From positions 2,340,001 through 2,372,000 of the forward strand of contig NC_002937.3 of assembly GCF_000195755.1 (NCBI RefSeq): a DNA stretch of 32,000 nucleotides, in the 5' to 3' direction. Origin of the DNA: Nitratidesulfovibrio vulgaris str. Hildenborough (GTDB lineage Bacteria; Desulfobacterota; Desulfovibrionia; Desulfovibrionales; Desulfovibrionaceae). The first letter of the stretch is position 1; each line of letters begins with the position of its first letter. The notes under the pieces are model-generated. The model did no database searches. It had not been told where the DNA came from and saw only the letters and a list, made by a program, of their open reading frames with translations. Of this stretch, positions 1-9,511 are shown piece by piece. Both the position numbers and the translations under genes were made by a program.

Positions 1-148
1 GCAATCTGCCATAGAAGGGTGTCACCACCGCCGTGGGCACGCCCATGCGGTGCAGGGCAAGGGGCAGCGCACCAAGCACATCGCCCAGCCCCCCGCTTTT
101 GGAGAAGGGGTACATCTCCGATGTGGCGAACACGACCTGCCGTTGCAT
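1..148 (-). CDS. glgA: Glycogen synthase, N-terminal fragment (gene runs off the left edge)
   Basis: The minus-strand frame starts at ATG 146-148, with GGAGA about 8 nt upstream. It reads [49 protein letters not shown]. The E-x-x-PF-x-K-x-GGL-x-DV-x-GALP block is the N-terminal signature of bacterial glycogen/starch synthases. It is too short to appear in the supplied ORF track. Confidence 0.75.
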
Positions 149-176
149 GATGGCTGTCTCCACGGATGCCGGGGCA

Positions 177-644
177 TCACACCGCACCGCGGTTGCGGCG
201 CAGAAAATCGGCGATGATGGTCGCATGATCGAAGGCAATGGGCTGCGGCAGTGCGTCCGGCGAAAAGAACCGTGCCTGCGCCGCGTCATCGCCCGCATGG
301 GGTTCGGAACCGGTGCCCTTGGCGATGCGCGCCGCGTAGACCACGCTCATGGTGTGATGCCGCGGGTCGCGGGCCGGGTCGGAGTAGACCCCGACCAGCC
401 CCTCCAGCGTCACCGCAAGTCCCGTCTCTTCTCTGGCCTCGCGCACGGCGGCGTCCTCGGCCGATTCGCCGTAGTCGATGAAGCCGCCGGGCAACGCCCA
501 GCCGTGCGGTTCATTCCGGCGTTCGACCAGAACGATGCCCCTGCCGGGGGCATGGATGACCACGTCCACGGTGGGGGCGGGATTGCGGTACATGACCACC
601 TGACCGCCGCAATGCGGACAGGGTATGTTGTGCGTCATCCTCAT
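177..644 (-). CDS. Nudix hydrolase with N-terminal CxxC
   Basis: This is the inner part of track ORF 177..1001. The start [14 protein letters not shown] lies at 642-644. The Nudix box [23 protein letters not shown] matches G-x5-E-x7-R-E-x2-E-E-x-G. The upstream 119 codons of the ORF are Arg/Cys-rich junk. Confidence 0.85.
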
Positions 645-1386
645 ACTCCCCACGAATGACCGTCCTGCACGGGCGGAAAGATGCCCGAGTCTGAAGAATA
701 CGCAACAGCCCGCCACAAGACAAGCATCTGCGGCCTCCCCCTTGCTCAGAGGCGCCTGCCCCTGACGTCGCACATGGTATGGACCGCATTGGGATGCGAC
801 ACCCATGGTGACGGCACGATGCCATCCGCGTGACACGACGGCGCAGGCACGGTTCACACAGGCCGGGCACAGGCAATGATGTCGCCTCGCCCGCAGGTAT
901 CTGCAGGTGACAGGCTTCTGGCTGCCAGCAGCCCAGTGGAGAACCGGACGGAGGAGGCTCGCACGTCCGGGCGGGCGGGCCGACAACGCAGCATGTCGCA
1001 CACCTTCTGACGCGCGTCTTCCGGGGCATGCCCGAGGCCGACACTTGAGGCCCGGCGCTCAGTCAGACGTCCGACCTCCCGTTCGACCCGGCATACGGTC
1101 AGGCTTCCGGCGAAGCGCCTGACCGAACATCGTCCGAGCATCGCCCGAACGTCGGCCAAGCGTCGACCAGACGTCCCGCCCCCTGCCAGCCCGACTCCAG
1201 ACAAGGCTTCCGACCAGACTTCCGGCCAGAGTTCACGGCTGACACACGGCCATGTGCACCGGATACCCGGCCATGTTCCGCGCCAGAAGCACAGTCGGGC
1301 GACAGGTGCGACGGCACGCCCCGTCACCCCGCCAGAAGCCCCCGTGTACTGCGTCAACCTGCGTGCCTTCCGCCCGCGTCCGCAGG

Positions 1387-1623
1387 TTATGCCCGCTTGA
1401 CCTCCAGCGTGGACTCTCCGGCCGTGAGAAGGTAGTTGCCTGAAGGGGTCTCAAGCAGGTACTCCGCACCGGGGAAGAGTTGCGCACGCGCGCTCCATTC
1501 ATCATTGATGAACACGTCGCGCGCACCGCCGCTTTCTTCGAAGCGAACCTGCGTTCCATCGGACAGCACCACGACCTCGGCCTCGTTCAGGGAAAGGGGA
1601 AGATCCCGTTCGGTGTATTCCAT
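1387..1623 (-). CDS. Small hypothetical protein (78 aa)
   Basis: ATG lies at 1621-1623 with a GGAGG Shine-Dalgarno sequence 6-7 nt upstream. The product MEYTERDLPLSLNEAEVVVLSDGTQVRFEESGG... has a protein-like composition. I recognise no family. Confidence 0.5.
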   Translation of the reverse strand: MEYTERDLPLSLNEAEVVVLSDGTQVRFEESGGARDVFINDEWSARAQLFPGAEYLLETPSGNYLLTAGESTLEVKRA

Positions 1624-1712
1624 GACGTACCTCCAAAAAGGACTCTGTTGGCACACACCTCCACACCGGAGGATATTGCCATCCTTCTACACCCCAACCG
1701 AAGATACCACAA

Positions 1713-3884
1713 GTGACTGAAACGATTCCACACGACTCTGTCGCACATCGCCTCGCCGCCGACTTGGGCATCACGACCGCACAGGCAAGTGCGGCACTCA
1801 AGCTTTTCGACGAGGGGGGCACCATCCCCTTCGTGGCCCGCTATCGCAAGGAGGCCACTGGCGGCCTCGACGAGGTGGCCCTCACCGCCTTGCGTGACGG
1901 CTGCGAACGGCTTCGTACGCTGGACAAGCGACGTGACGCCATCATCGCCTCCATGACGGAGCGCGAACAGCTTACCCCCGACCTCGCCAAGGCCCTCCAT
2001 GCGGCGACCACTCTCACCGCGCTGGAAGACATCTACCTGCCCTTCCGCCCCAAACGGGTGACAAGGGCCGCCAAGGCGCGTGAACGTGGCCTCGCCCCCC
2101 TTGCTGAACGGCTGCTCGAACAACGCGGCGCACAGGCGGGGCAGCTTGCCGCCCCGTTCGTCGACGAGGCCAAGGGGGTTCCCGACACGGCAGCCGCCCT
2201 TGCAGGGGCACGTGACATCATCGCCGAGACAGTGAGCGAAGACAGGGCCACACGCGCCACCCTGCGCGACATCTTCGTCCGCCGTGCGACGCTGCGTTCG
2301 AAGGTCGCACGTGGCAAGGAGGAACAGGCCGCAACCTATCGCGACCACTTCGACCGCAGCGAACATGCAGCCGCCGCCCCGGCGCACAGACTGCTCGCCA
2401 TGTTCCGTGGCGAACGCGAAGAGCTTCTCGACGTGCGGGTGCGGCCCGATGACGACATTGCCGTGGGGGCCCTTCACCGTCGCTGGCTGAAAGGGCGTGC
2501 ATCTTCAGCCGGGACGGATGCGGCTGAAGTGGCCACGGCCCTGACCGACGCATGGAATCGTCTTCTGGCCCCGTCACTCGAGAACGAGTTCAGAACCGCC
2601 CTGCGCGAACGGGCCGAAGCGGAGGCCATAGCCGTCTTCGCCGCCAACCTTCGGGAATTGCTACTGGCCCCGCCGATGGGGCCACGACGCACACTCGCAC
2701 TCGACCCCGGCTGGCGCACCGGGGCCAAGCTTGTATGCCTTGACGCGCAAGGGGCCCTGCTGCACCACGAGGTCATCCACCCCCTCACCGGTGGAGACCG
2801 GGCGACCCGCGCCGCCGCCACCCTGCGTGAACTTTGCACACGGCACGGCATCGAAGCGGTGGCCGTCGGCAACGGTACAGCGGGGCGCGAGACCGAAGCC
2901 TTCGTCAAGTCGGCCGGGCTTCCACCTCATGTGACGGTGGCCCTCGTGGATGAGCGCGGGGCCTCGGTCTACTCCGCCTCCGAGGTCGCCCGCGCAGAAT
3001 TCCCCGACCACGACGTCACCGTGCGCGGCGCCATATCCATCGGGCGCAGGCTCATGGACCCGCTGGCCGAACTCGTCAAGGTCGACCCCCGCTCTCTGGG
3101 CGTGGGCCAGTACCAGCATGATGTCGACCAGAACGCCCTGCGTCGCGCCCTCGAAGAGGTCGTGGCGTCGTGCGTCAACGCCGTGGGAGTGGATGTCAAC
3201 ACCGCCAGCCCCGAATTGCTCGCCTACGTCTCGGGCATCGGCCCCGCGCTGGCGAAAGGCATCGTGGCATTGCGTGCCGTCAACGGTCCGTTCCGTACAC
3301 GGCGCGACCTTCTCAAGGTGCCGCGCCTCGGCCCCAAGGCCTTCGAACAGGCTGCCGGCTTCCTGCGTGTGCATGGCGGCCCCGAACCTCTCGATGCAAG
3401 TGCCGTCCACCCTGAAAGCTATGCCGTCGTGCGACGCATGGCAGAGGATACCGGGTGCAGCGTGCCCGACCTCATGCGCGATGCCACCCGGCGCGAGGCC
3501 CTGCGGCTGGAACGCTATGTGGACGACCGGGTAGGTCTGCCCACGTTGCGCGACATCATGTCGGAACTTGCGCGACCGGGCCGTGACCCGCGTCCGGCTT
3601 TCGAGGTCTTCGCCTTTGCCGAAGGTGTGAACAAGGTCGATGATGTCCAGCCCGGCATGGAGCTTCCCGGCATCGTCACCAACGTCACCAAGTTCGGTGC
3701 CTTCGTTGACATCGGCGTCCACCGTGACGGTCTCGTGCATGTGAGCCAGCTGGCCGACCGTTTCGTACGCGACCCTGCCGAGGTCGTGGCGCCGGGACGC
3801 AAGGTGCGGGTACGGGTGCTCGATGTGGACAGGCAGCGTGAACGCATCAACCTCACGCTCAAAGGGGTTCCGCAGCAGGATTGA
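1713..3884 (+). CDS. tex: Tex-like transcription accessory protein (YqgF/HhH/S1 domains)
   Basis: 723 aa with a GTG start. The N-terminus LFDEGGTIPFVARYRKEATGGLDE is the Tex signature. The centre is YqgF-like and the C-terminus has the S1 domain GIVTNVTKFGAFVDIGVHRDGLVHVSQL. Confidence 0.93.
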   Translation: MTETIPHDSVAHRLAADLGITTAQASAALKLFDEGGTIPFVARYRKEATGGLDEVALTALRDGCERLRTLDKRRDAIIASMTEREQLTPDLAKALHAATTLTALEDIYLPFRPKRVTRAAKARERGLAPLAERLLEQRGAQAGQLAAPFVDEAKGVPDTAAALAGARDIIAETVSEDRATRATLRDIFVRRATLRSKVARGKEEQAATYRDHFDRSEHAAAAPAHRLLAMFRGEREELLDVRVRPDDDIAVGALHRRWLKGRASSAGTDAAEVATALTDAWNRLLAPSLENEFRTALRERAEAEAIAVFAANLRELLLAPPMGPRRTLALDPGWRTGAKLVCLDAQGALLHHEVIHPLTGGDRATRAAATLRELCTRHGIEAVAVGNGTAGRETEAFVKSAGLPPHVTVALVDERGASVYSASEVARAEFPDHDVTVRGAISIGRRLMDPLAELVKVDPRSLGVGQYQHDVDQNALRRALEEVVASCVNAVGVDVNTASPELLAYVSGIGPALAKGIVALRAVNGPFRTRRDLLKVPRLGPKAFEQAAGFLRVHGGPEPLDASAVHPESYAVVRRMAEDTGCSVPDLMRDATRREALRLERYVDDRVGLPTLRDIMSELARPGRDPRPAFEVFAFAEGVNKVDDVQPGMELPGIVTNVTKFGAFVDIGVHRDGLVHVSQLADRFVRDPAEVVAPGRKVRVRVLDVDRQRERINLTLKGVPQQD

Positions 3885-4004
3885 ACCTGCGACCCGCCCG
3901 TTCCGCGCGCCCCGGCATGATAGGGATATGGCAGGGCTACGATAGATGCACAGCAGGGCGCAAGCCCCCGCTGCCGAAGGCCCCGCGCAGCCCCGGACAG
4001 GACA

Positions 4005-4038
4005 AAGCCCCCGCACACCTTGCAGTGTGCGGGGGCTT
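4005..4038. terminator. Bidirectional hairpin between convergent tex and ahpC
   Basis: AAGCCCCCGCACAC-cttgca-GTGTGCGGGGGCTT forms a 14-bp perfect stem. It is flanked by TTCATGTG on the plus strand and TTTGTCC on the minus strand. Confidence 0.6.
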
Positions 4039-4056
4039 CATGTGTCGTTGCAAAGG

Positions 4057-4671
4057 CTACAGGTTGGCAGCCGACTCCGCAAGGTACGACGCCACACCGT
4101 CAGCGGTGGGCTTCATCCCCTTCTTGCCCTTGTTCCAGCCTGCCGGGCACACTTCTCCGTGCTTTTCGGTGAACTGAAGGGCGTCCACAACGCGCAGCAT
4201 CTCGTCGATGTCACGCCCCAGAGGCAGGTTGTTCACCACCTGATGCTGCACCACGCCAGCCCTGTCGATGAGGAACGACCCACGGAAGGCCACGCCCCCC
4301 TCACTCTCCACATCATAGGCACGCGCCAGTTCATGCTGGATGTCTGCCACAAGCGGGTACCCCACAGGGCCGATACCGCCCTTGTCGACAGGCGTGTTTC
4401 GCCATGCGGCATGTGTGAACTGGCTGTCTATGGAAACACCGATGACCTCGACATTGCGCTGGCGGAACGCTTCAAGCCTGTGGTCGAAGGCGATCAACTC
4501 CGACGGGCACACAAAGGTGAAGTCCAGCGGATAGAAGAACACCACGGCATACTTGCCCTCGGTCACCTTGGCGAAATCGAAGTCATCCACAACCTCGCCA
4601 TTGCCGAGGACAGCTGAAAAGGTCTTGCCACCTTCGAAGAACGGGGCCTTCTTACCTACGAGTACTCCCAT
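4057..4671 (-). CDS. ahpC: 2-Cys peroxiredoxin (AhpC/Tsa family)
   Basis: The start MGVLVGKKAPFF lies at 4669-4671 with GGAG upstream. The peroxidatic motif DFTFVCPSE and the resolving GEVCPAGW are both present. 204 aa. Confidence 0.93.
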   Translation of the reverse strand: MGVLVGKKAPFFEGGKTFSAVLGNGEVVDDFDFAKVTEGKYAVVFFYPLDFTFVCPSELIAFDHRLEAFRQRNVEVIGVSIDSQFTHAAWRNTPVDKGGIGPVGYPLVADIQHELARAYDVESEGGVAFRGSFLIDRAGVVQHQVVNNLPLGRDIDEMLRVVDALQFTEKHGEVCPAGWNKGKKGMKPTADGVASYLAESAANL

Positions 4672-4764
4672 GTCCAACTCCTTGCGCTGTATCAACCCGT
4701 GCGCCGGGTACGTGTTCATCATGACTTCCGGGACGTGGGTGACGCCCCGCTTTCCATGTCGAGA

Positions 4765-4792
4765 AAGATAACAGGAATCATTCCTGTGTCAA
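4765..4792 (-). promoter_or_regulatory. ahpC sigma-70-type promoter with an embedded perfect palindrome (candidate peroxide-repressor operator)
   Basis: The minus strand reads TTGACA-CAGGAATGATTCCTGT-TATCTT, with a 16-nt spacer. The 17-bp perfect palindrome ACAGGAATGATTCCTGT (4771-4787) fills the spacer. Confidence 0.55.
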
Positions 4793-4890
4793 TGGCTTTC
4801 TAGGATCTCCCTGTCTCCTCCAAGCCATGCCTTTTAGCCATGCATACCGCCGCAGCCCTGACAGGTCGTGGCAGAAAACGGAACAGCCAG

Positions 4891-4927
4891 CAAAAGCCCC
4901 CCGTATGTCGGAAGACACACGGGGGGC
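4891..4927 (-). terminator. Rho-independent terminator of the acyl-CoA synthetase gene
   Basis: The minus strand reads GCCCCCCGTGTGTC-TTCC-GACATACGGGGGGC followed by TTTTGCTGGCTGTTCCGTTTTC. Confidence 0.6.
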
Positions 4928-4951
4928 TCGTTCGGCCGAAGCTGCAAACGG

Positions 4952-6607
4952 CTATGCGCTCTTTTCGCTATCGCGCTGGCGTATTTCGGCGCGTTTGATC
5001 TTGCCGCTGATGGTCTTGGGCAACTCTGCCACGTACTCGACGATGCGGGGGTACTTGTAGGGAGCGGTGACCTTCTTGACGTGGTCCTGCAACTCCTTCG
5101 TGAGCACCTCGCCCGCCTCGTAGCCTGCGGCAAGCACGATGGTGGCCTTCACAGCCTGCCCGCGCAACGGGTCGGGCACGCCGGTGACGGCGGCCTCGAC
5201 GACGGCAGGATGGGCCACGAGGGCGCTCTCGACCTCGAAGGGCCCGATGCGATAGCCCGAACTCTTGATGAGGTCGTCCACACGCCCGAGGAACCAGAGG
5301 TAGCCGTCCTCGTCCATCCACGCCTTGTCGCCGGTGTGGTAGTACCCGTCGAACATGACCGATGCGGTCTTCTCGGCGTCCTCCACATAGCCCCGGAAAA
5401 GCCCCACAGGCAGTCCGTCGCTGATGCGGATGCAGATTTCGCCCTCTTCGCCCGTCGGACATTCCTTGCCCTCGTGGTCGAGAAGCGTGATGCCCCACCC
5501 CGGCATGGGGCGCCCGATGGAACCGGGCTTGGCCTCCATGCACGAGAGCGTGGCAATCTGCAACGTGGTCTCGGTCTGGCCGTATCCCTCGTAGATGGAA
5601 AGGCCCGTTGCGGCCTTCCACCCGTGGAACACGCTCTCGTTGAGCAGTTCACCTGCCGTTGTGCAGTGGCGCAGCTTCGAGAGGTCGTAACGCGAAAGGT
5701 CGGCCCGCACGAGAAAGCGGTACACGGTGGGCGGGGCGCAGAAGGTGGTGACGCCGTTCTTCGCGACGACATCGAGCAACGCTTCGGGGTCGAACTTGCC
5801 GCGGAAGTCGTAGACGAAGACGGCTGCCCCCGCCATCCACTGCCCGTAGAACTTGCCCCACACGGCCTTGCCCCAACCCGTGTCGGCCACGGTGAGGTGC
5901 AGGTCGCCGGGGCGCAGGTCGTGCCAGTACATGCCCGTCACGAGGTGCCCGAGGGGGTAGGTGTGCACATGTTCCACCATCTTCGGCATGCCCGTGGTGC
6001 CGGACGAGAAGAATATGAGCAGCGGGTCTTCGCCGCAGGCAAGTTCGTCGGGTGCTGTCGGGCGCGGGAAAGAGGGCGAGGCATCCGCACAGAGGGCCTC
6101 GTAGTCGCACCAGCCATCGGGCAACGGTGTCCCGCCGCACTGCACGAGCACTGAAAGGGTCGGACAGTCGGGACGCGCGGCCTCGATACGGTCGGTGATG
6201 CCGTCGTCGACGATGACGGCACGAACCTGCGCGCGTTCGACGCGGAACACGATATCCTTGGGGGTCAGTTGCGCTGGGGCGGGAATGGCTACCGCGCCGA
6301 GACGATGCAATGCCAGCATGGAGACCCAGAATTCGATACGCCGGTGCAAGACCAGCATGACCCGATGGCCCTTGCGCACACCTCTGGCCTTGAGCGCGTT
6401 GGCAAGCCGCGCAGAAGCGTCGGCAAGCCATGCGAAGGTGTAGTCGCGCCGCACCCCGGCGTCATCGACGTGGGCAATGGCGAGCCTGTCGGGAGTCTCG
6501 TTGGCCATGGCATCGAGAACGTCGAAGGCGAAATTGAAGGTCTCTGGCGCATCCAGCGAGAAGACACGCAAGAACTCGTCGTAGCTGGCAAAGGTGAGCT
6601 TATCCAT
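4952..6607 (-). CDS. AMP-forming acyl-CoA synthetase/ligase (medium-chain/acetyl-CoA synthetase-like)
   Basis: The start MDKLTFASYDEF lies at 6605-6607. The adenylation motifs FFSSGTTGMPK, YGQTE, GDKAWMDEDGYLWFLGRVDDLIKSSGYRIGPFEVE and PKTISGKIKR are all present. Confidence 0.9.
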   Translation of the reverse strand: MDKLTFASYDEFLRVFSLDAPETFNFAFDVLDAMANETPDRLAIAHVDDAGVRRDYTFAWLADASARLANALKARGVRKGHRVMLVLHRRIEFWVSMLALHRLGAVAIPAPAQLTPKDIVFRVERAQVRAVIVDDGITDRIEAARPDCPTLSVLVQCGGTPLPDGWCDYEALCADASPSFPRPTAPDELACGEDPLLIFFSSGTTGMPKMVEHVHTYPLGHLVTGMYWHDLRPGDLHLTVADTGWGKAVWGKFYGQWMAGAAVFVYDFRGKFDPEALLDVVAKNGVTTFCAPPTVYRFLVRADLSRYDLSKLRHCTTAGELLNESVFHGWKAATGLSIYEGYGQTETTLQIATLSCMEAKPGSIGRPMPGWGITLLDHEGKECPTGEEGEICIRISDGLPVGLFRGYVEDAEKTASVMFDGYYHTGDKAWMDEDGYLWFLGRVDDLIKSSGYRIGPFEVESALVAHPAVVEAAVTGVPDPLRGQAVKATIVLAAGYEAGEVLTKELQDHVKKVTAPYKYPRIVEYVAELPKTISGKIKRAEIRQRDSEKSA

Positions 6608-6939
6608 GATGTCGTCAATCCTCGTGATCAATCCTGACGGTATTGAGATGCACAGGCAGCAGCGGGCACAGGCGGGATTCGCCCGTCCGGAGACCCGGAG
6701 ACTGTGCTCGGCTTGTCGCCGGCACATTCCCGTAGCCTGCACTCCACCCGGCAACGACGCTGCCGATGGTGGCGCAAGCCCTGTCCGGGGCTGCCATCTA
6801 TCCGTGGATGCCGTGGCATCCGTTCCATTCTGTCATGCCCTGCCCTTATGGGCTTCGGGCTTCGTCAGGTGCGGGCGCGTCGTGCGCTGCGGATTCAGTC
6901 ACGCAGCCATCCCCGCCGGGACGGGGCACACGGCGCACC

Positions 6940-7500
6940 CTAGCTAATCACGTCGAGGAACACCGCATCCGCCCCGTCGAGACCACGAAGGGCGTGGGGT
7001 ATGCGCGAACTGAAGTACATGCTGTCACCGGGTTCGAGCACGTGCACCTTGTCGCCGAGGCGCACCTCCATCCTTCCTTCGAGGATGTAGATGAACTCCT
7101 GACCGCGATGATAGTTGAAATTCAGTTCGGATTCATCCTTGGCAGGGACGCGGACGATGAACGGTTCCATGCGCCGGTTGGTGAACCGCGAGGCAAGGTT
7201 CCAGTAGTCGTAGTCCTTGCGCCGCTGTACGCTGAGACCCTGCCCCTTGCGTACGATGGTGAAGTCCTGCAGGTGGGCGTCTCCGCCCGAGATGAGCGCG
7301 GTGAGGTCGACACGGCATTCACGCGCCACATCGGTGAGATAGCTTACCGGAATCTCCACTTCGCCACTCTCGTAGCGAAGCACATCCGCAGCCGTGACCC
7401 CGACCTTGGCTGCCAGGTCATCGGGCGAAAAGCCCACGGCATCGCGCAATCCCGCAAGCCGGGGGGCAATCTCCTTGTAGGGCTTGTCCTGCGTACTCAT
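6940..7500 (-). CDS. XRE-family HTH regulator with C-terminal cupin domain
   Basis: 186 aa with AGGAGG upstream. The N-terminal HTH is LRDAVGFSPDDLAAKVGVTAADVLRYESGE. The C-terminal cupin is HRGQEFIYILEGRMEV...GDSMYFSSRIPHA. Confidence 0.88.
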   Translation of the reverse strand: MSTQDKPYKEIAPRLAGLRDAVGFSPDDLAAKVGVTAADVLRYESGEVEIPVSYLTDVARECRVDLTALISGGDAHLQDFTIVRKGQGLSVQRRKDYDYWNLASRFTNRRMEPFIVRVPAKDESELNFNYHRGQEFIYILEGRMEVRLGDKVHVLEPGDSMYFSSRIPHALRGLDGADAVFLDVIS

Positions 7501-7639
7501 ACTGCCTCCTTGAGGGTCGCGTCCGCACGCGACGTTTCATACTGGATGAGAGCAACGCTCCAAAACCCTGAAGTCATCGTAATAGCCTGTACGCCTTCGT
7601 TTGCCTAGCCCCGCCCCCCGCCAGCGGAGTGGGCAGGAC

Positions 7640-7670
7640 AAAAAAAACGCGGCCCCCGGACGGGGACCGC
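7640..7670 (-). terminator. Rho-independent terminator of dnaA
   Basis: The minus strand reads GCGGTCCCC-GTCC-GGGGGCCGC followed by G and eight T residues. Confidence 0.75.
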
Positions 7671-7716
7671 GCACAGATGCGTCATGACGCCGACCGCCAT
7701 GCGGCGGCGTACCCCG

Positions 7717-9192
7717 TCAATGCCGGGCGTGCGTAATTCGACCGTTGCGTTCGAGCAACGATATGGTGTTGGCGACCTGACGTCCGAGAGGCGTCTCGCG
7801 GTTCATCTCGCGCTCCAGCGCGGTGATACCCTTGAGCACCGTGGAGTGCCGACGATTGAAACGGTCGCCAATCTCTTTCAGCGAAAGGTCGGTGTGCTTG
7901 CGTGCCAGAAGATAGGCCGCGTTGCGCGCCACGACATACTCACGCTTGCGGCTGCGCGAATTGAGCTGCTCAGGGGAAAGACCGAAGCCCTCGCACACCA
8001 TGCGGACGATGCCCTCAAAATCGAGCTGCGTCTCGGCCTGTGCATAGTTGCCGATGATCTCGAACGCCATCTCAAGGGAAATCTGCCTGTTGAGCAGTTT
8101 TGCCTTGAGAATGAGGTTATGCAGGCAACTTTCGATCTGACGAACGTCGGTGCTGATGCGTTCGGCAAGCAGGTCGGTCACGTTGTCGGGCAGCATCACC
8201 TGATAGATGCGGGCCTTCTCACGCAGGATACGGCGGCGGGTGTCGAAGTCCGGACGTTCGATACCGGCGAGGAAGCCGGAACAGAAACGCGAGACGAGCT
8301 GGTTGTCGACGTTCTTGAGGTCACGCGCCGCGAACGAACTGGAGAAGACGATGCGGCTGCCGCGCGACTGCAGGGCCTTGACGGTGGCGAGCACCTCGTC
8401 CTGCATCTTCTCCTTGCCTTGCAGGAAATGGACGTCTTCAAGCAGCAGCACGTCGACATCGCGATATCTGGCCTTGAAGCGTTCAACGTCACGCGCCTTG
8501 AGCGCGGCGATGAGACGCGAGGCGAACTCCTCGGCGGTGAGGTAGGCAACGTTGGGGTTGCTGCGATTGCTCGACTCGCACAGCGACCTGCCCACGGCAT
8601 GCAGCAGGTGGGTCTTGCCGAGGCCGGGCCCGGAACTCAGGAACAGCGTATCGGTCATGAGACCGTCGCGGCACATGCCACGCGCAGCGGCACAGGCAAG
8701 TTCGTTGTTGGGCCCGACGATGAAATCATCGAACGAGAAACGCCAGTTGGTGCGACTCTGCGGGACGGGAGCCCAGTCCAGAGGCAGTCCGAGCTGTTCC
8801 TGCGCCTGCTGCGTCTCCGCAGACAGACGCCGGGGGGCATGTCCCGAGGGACGCGCCTCGACGGCAGGGACGACGGACGGTACGGGCGCGGCAGTTGGCA
8901 CGACCTCGACCACTGCGGGCCGGGGTGCCAGCACGGGGCGCGGCGCAGCGGCAGCGGGAGCGCCGGCAGTGACGACGACCTCGACGGTGTCGCCGATAAC
9001 GCCACAAGCGGCGGTACGGATGTCTTCGAAAAGACGGTCACGCACCCAGCCGGCCACGAACTCGTTGGGGGCCTCGACGCGAAGAGTCGACCCGTCCACC
9101 TCACCGGCGAGCGGCGAGATCCAGACTTTGAACAGTCCGGGAGCGAGCGTGTTCTGGAGGATATGCTGAATTTGGCCCCAAATCGATGTCAT
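7717..9192 (-). CDS. dnaA: Chromosomal replication initiator DnaA (full four-domain architecture)
   Basis: The start [12 protein letters not shown] lies at 9190-9192. Domain I is present, followed by a long Pro/Ala-rich linker. The AAA+ module has Walker [11 protein letters not shown] and LLLEDVHFL. Domain IV has [35 protein letters not shown]. Confidence 0.93.
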   Translation of the reverse strand: MTSIWGQIQHILQNTLAPGLFKVWISPLAGEVDGSTLRVEAPNEFVAGWVRDRLFEDIRTAACGVIGDTVEVVVTAGAPAAAAPRPVLAPRPAVVEVVPTAAPVPSVVPAVEARPSGHAPRRLSAETQQAQEQLGLPLDWAPVPQSRTNWRFSFDDFIVGPNNELACAAARGMCRDGLMTDTLFLSSGPGLGKTHLLHAVGRSLCESSNRSNPNVAYLTAEEFASRLIAALKARDVERFKARYRDVDVLLLEDVHFLQGKEKMQDEVLATVKALQSRGSRIVFSSSFAARDLKNVDNQLVSRFCSGFLAGIERPDFDTRRRILREKARIYQVMLPDNVTDLLAERISTDVRQIESCLHNLILKAKLLNRQISLEMAFEIIGNYAQAETQLDFEGIVRMVCEGFGLSPEQLNSRSRKREYVVARNAAYLLARKHTDLSLKEIGDRFNRRHSTVLKGITALEREMNRETPLGRQVANTISLLERNGRITHARH

Positions 9193-9370
9193 ACGCGGGT
9201 CTTTACGTTTCTCGCCTTCATGATGCAACACGCGAAATCATCCTATACGGGCGTCTCCTGCAGAGGCCCGTTCCCCAACACCATACAAATTGCAACATGC
9301 TGATTTACATAGGGATGTCCCGATGCACCACGCTCTGCCTCCATACCCTGACAGCGTTGTCTGGCAAGGG

Positions 9371-9424
9371 TTTCCACAGGGAGACAGACAACTTTTCAAC
9401 ATGCATGAGAACAAGTTTTCCACA
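9371..9424. promoter_or_regulatory. Two DnaA-box-like sites upstream of dnaA
   Basis: gTTTCCACA lies at 9370-9378 and TTTTCCACA at 9416-9424, in the same orientation about 46 bp apart. Against the TTATCCACA consensus, the second has one mismatch and the first has two. Confidence 0.35.
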
Positions 9425-9444
9425 GGCAAAAGACGTCTTATCAG

Positions 9445-9488
9445 CTAATATCAAAGACAGGGCACCATCAGTACACTGATGTGCCCTG
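9445..9488 (-). terminator. Hairpin downstream of thyX (end of the ruvA-ruvB-thyX unit)
   Basis: CAGGGCA(C)CATCAGT-AC-ACTGATGTGCCCTG forms a 14-bp stem with one bulge. On the minus strand it is followed by TCTTTGATATTAGC. Confidence 0.5.
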
Positions 9489-9511
9489 CAGCATTTACGT
9501 TTTTCAGTGCA

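Noticed and set aside
854-1357. 167-aa minus-strand ORF and its overlapping neighbours in the 645-1386 gap.
   Set aside because: The composition is Arg/Gly/Cys/Trp-rich. There is no Shine-Dalgarno sequence and no recognisable motif, and several mutually overlapping frames are equally open.
4868-6154. Plus-strand 428-aa ORF antisense to the acyl-CoA synthetase. Similar shadow ORFs occur at 7684..9303, 28167..29828, 29864..31798, 2661..4016 and 1587..2477.
   Set aside because: Each lies opposite a gene with strong motif evidence and has shadow-frame composition. They are artefacts of GC3-rich codon usage.
9193-9457. The dnaA-upstream spacer as a replication origin (oriC).
   Set aside because: There are only two imperfect DnaA boxes and no AT-rich unwinding element. 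dnaA autoregulation explains the boxes equally well. It is kept as a question in the findings, not as a feature call.
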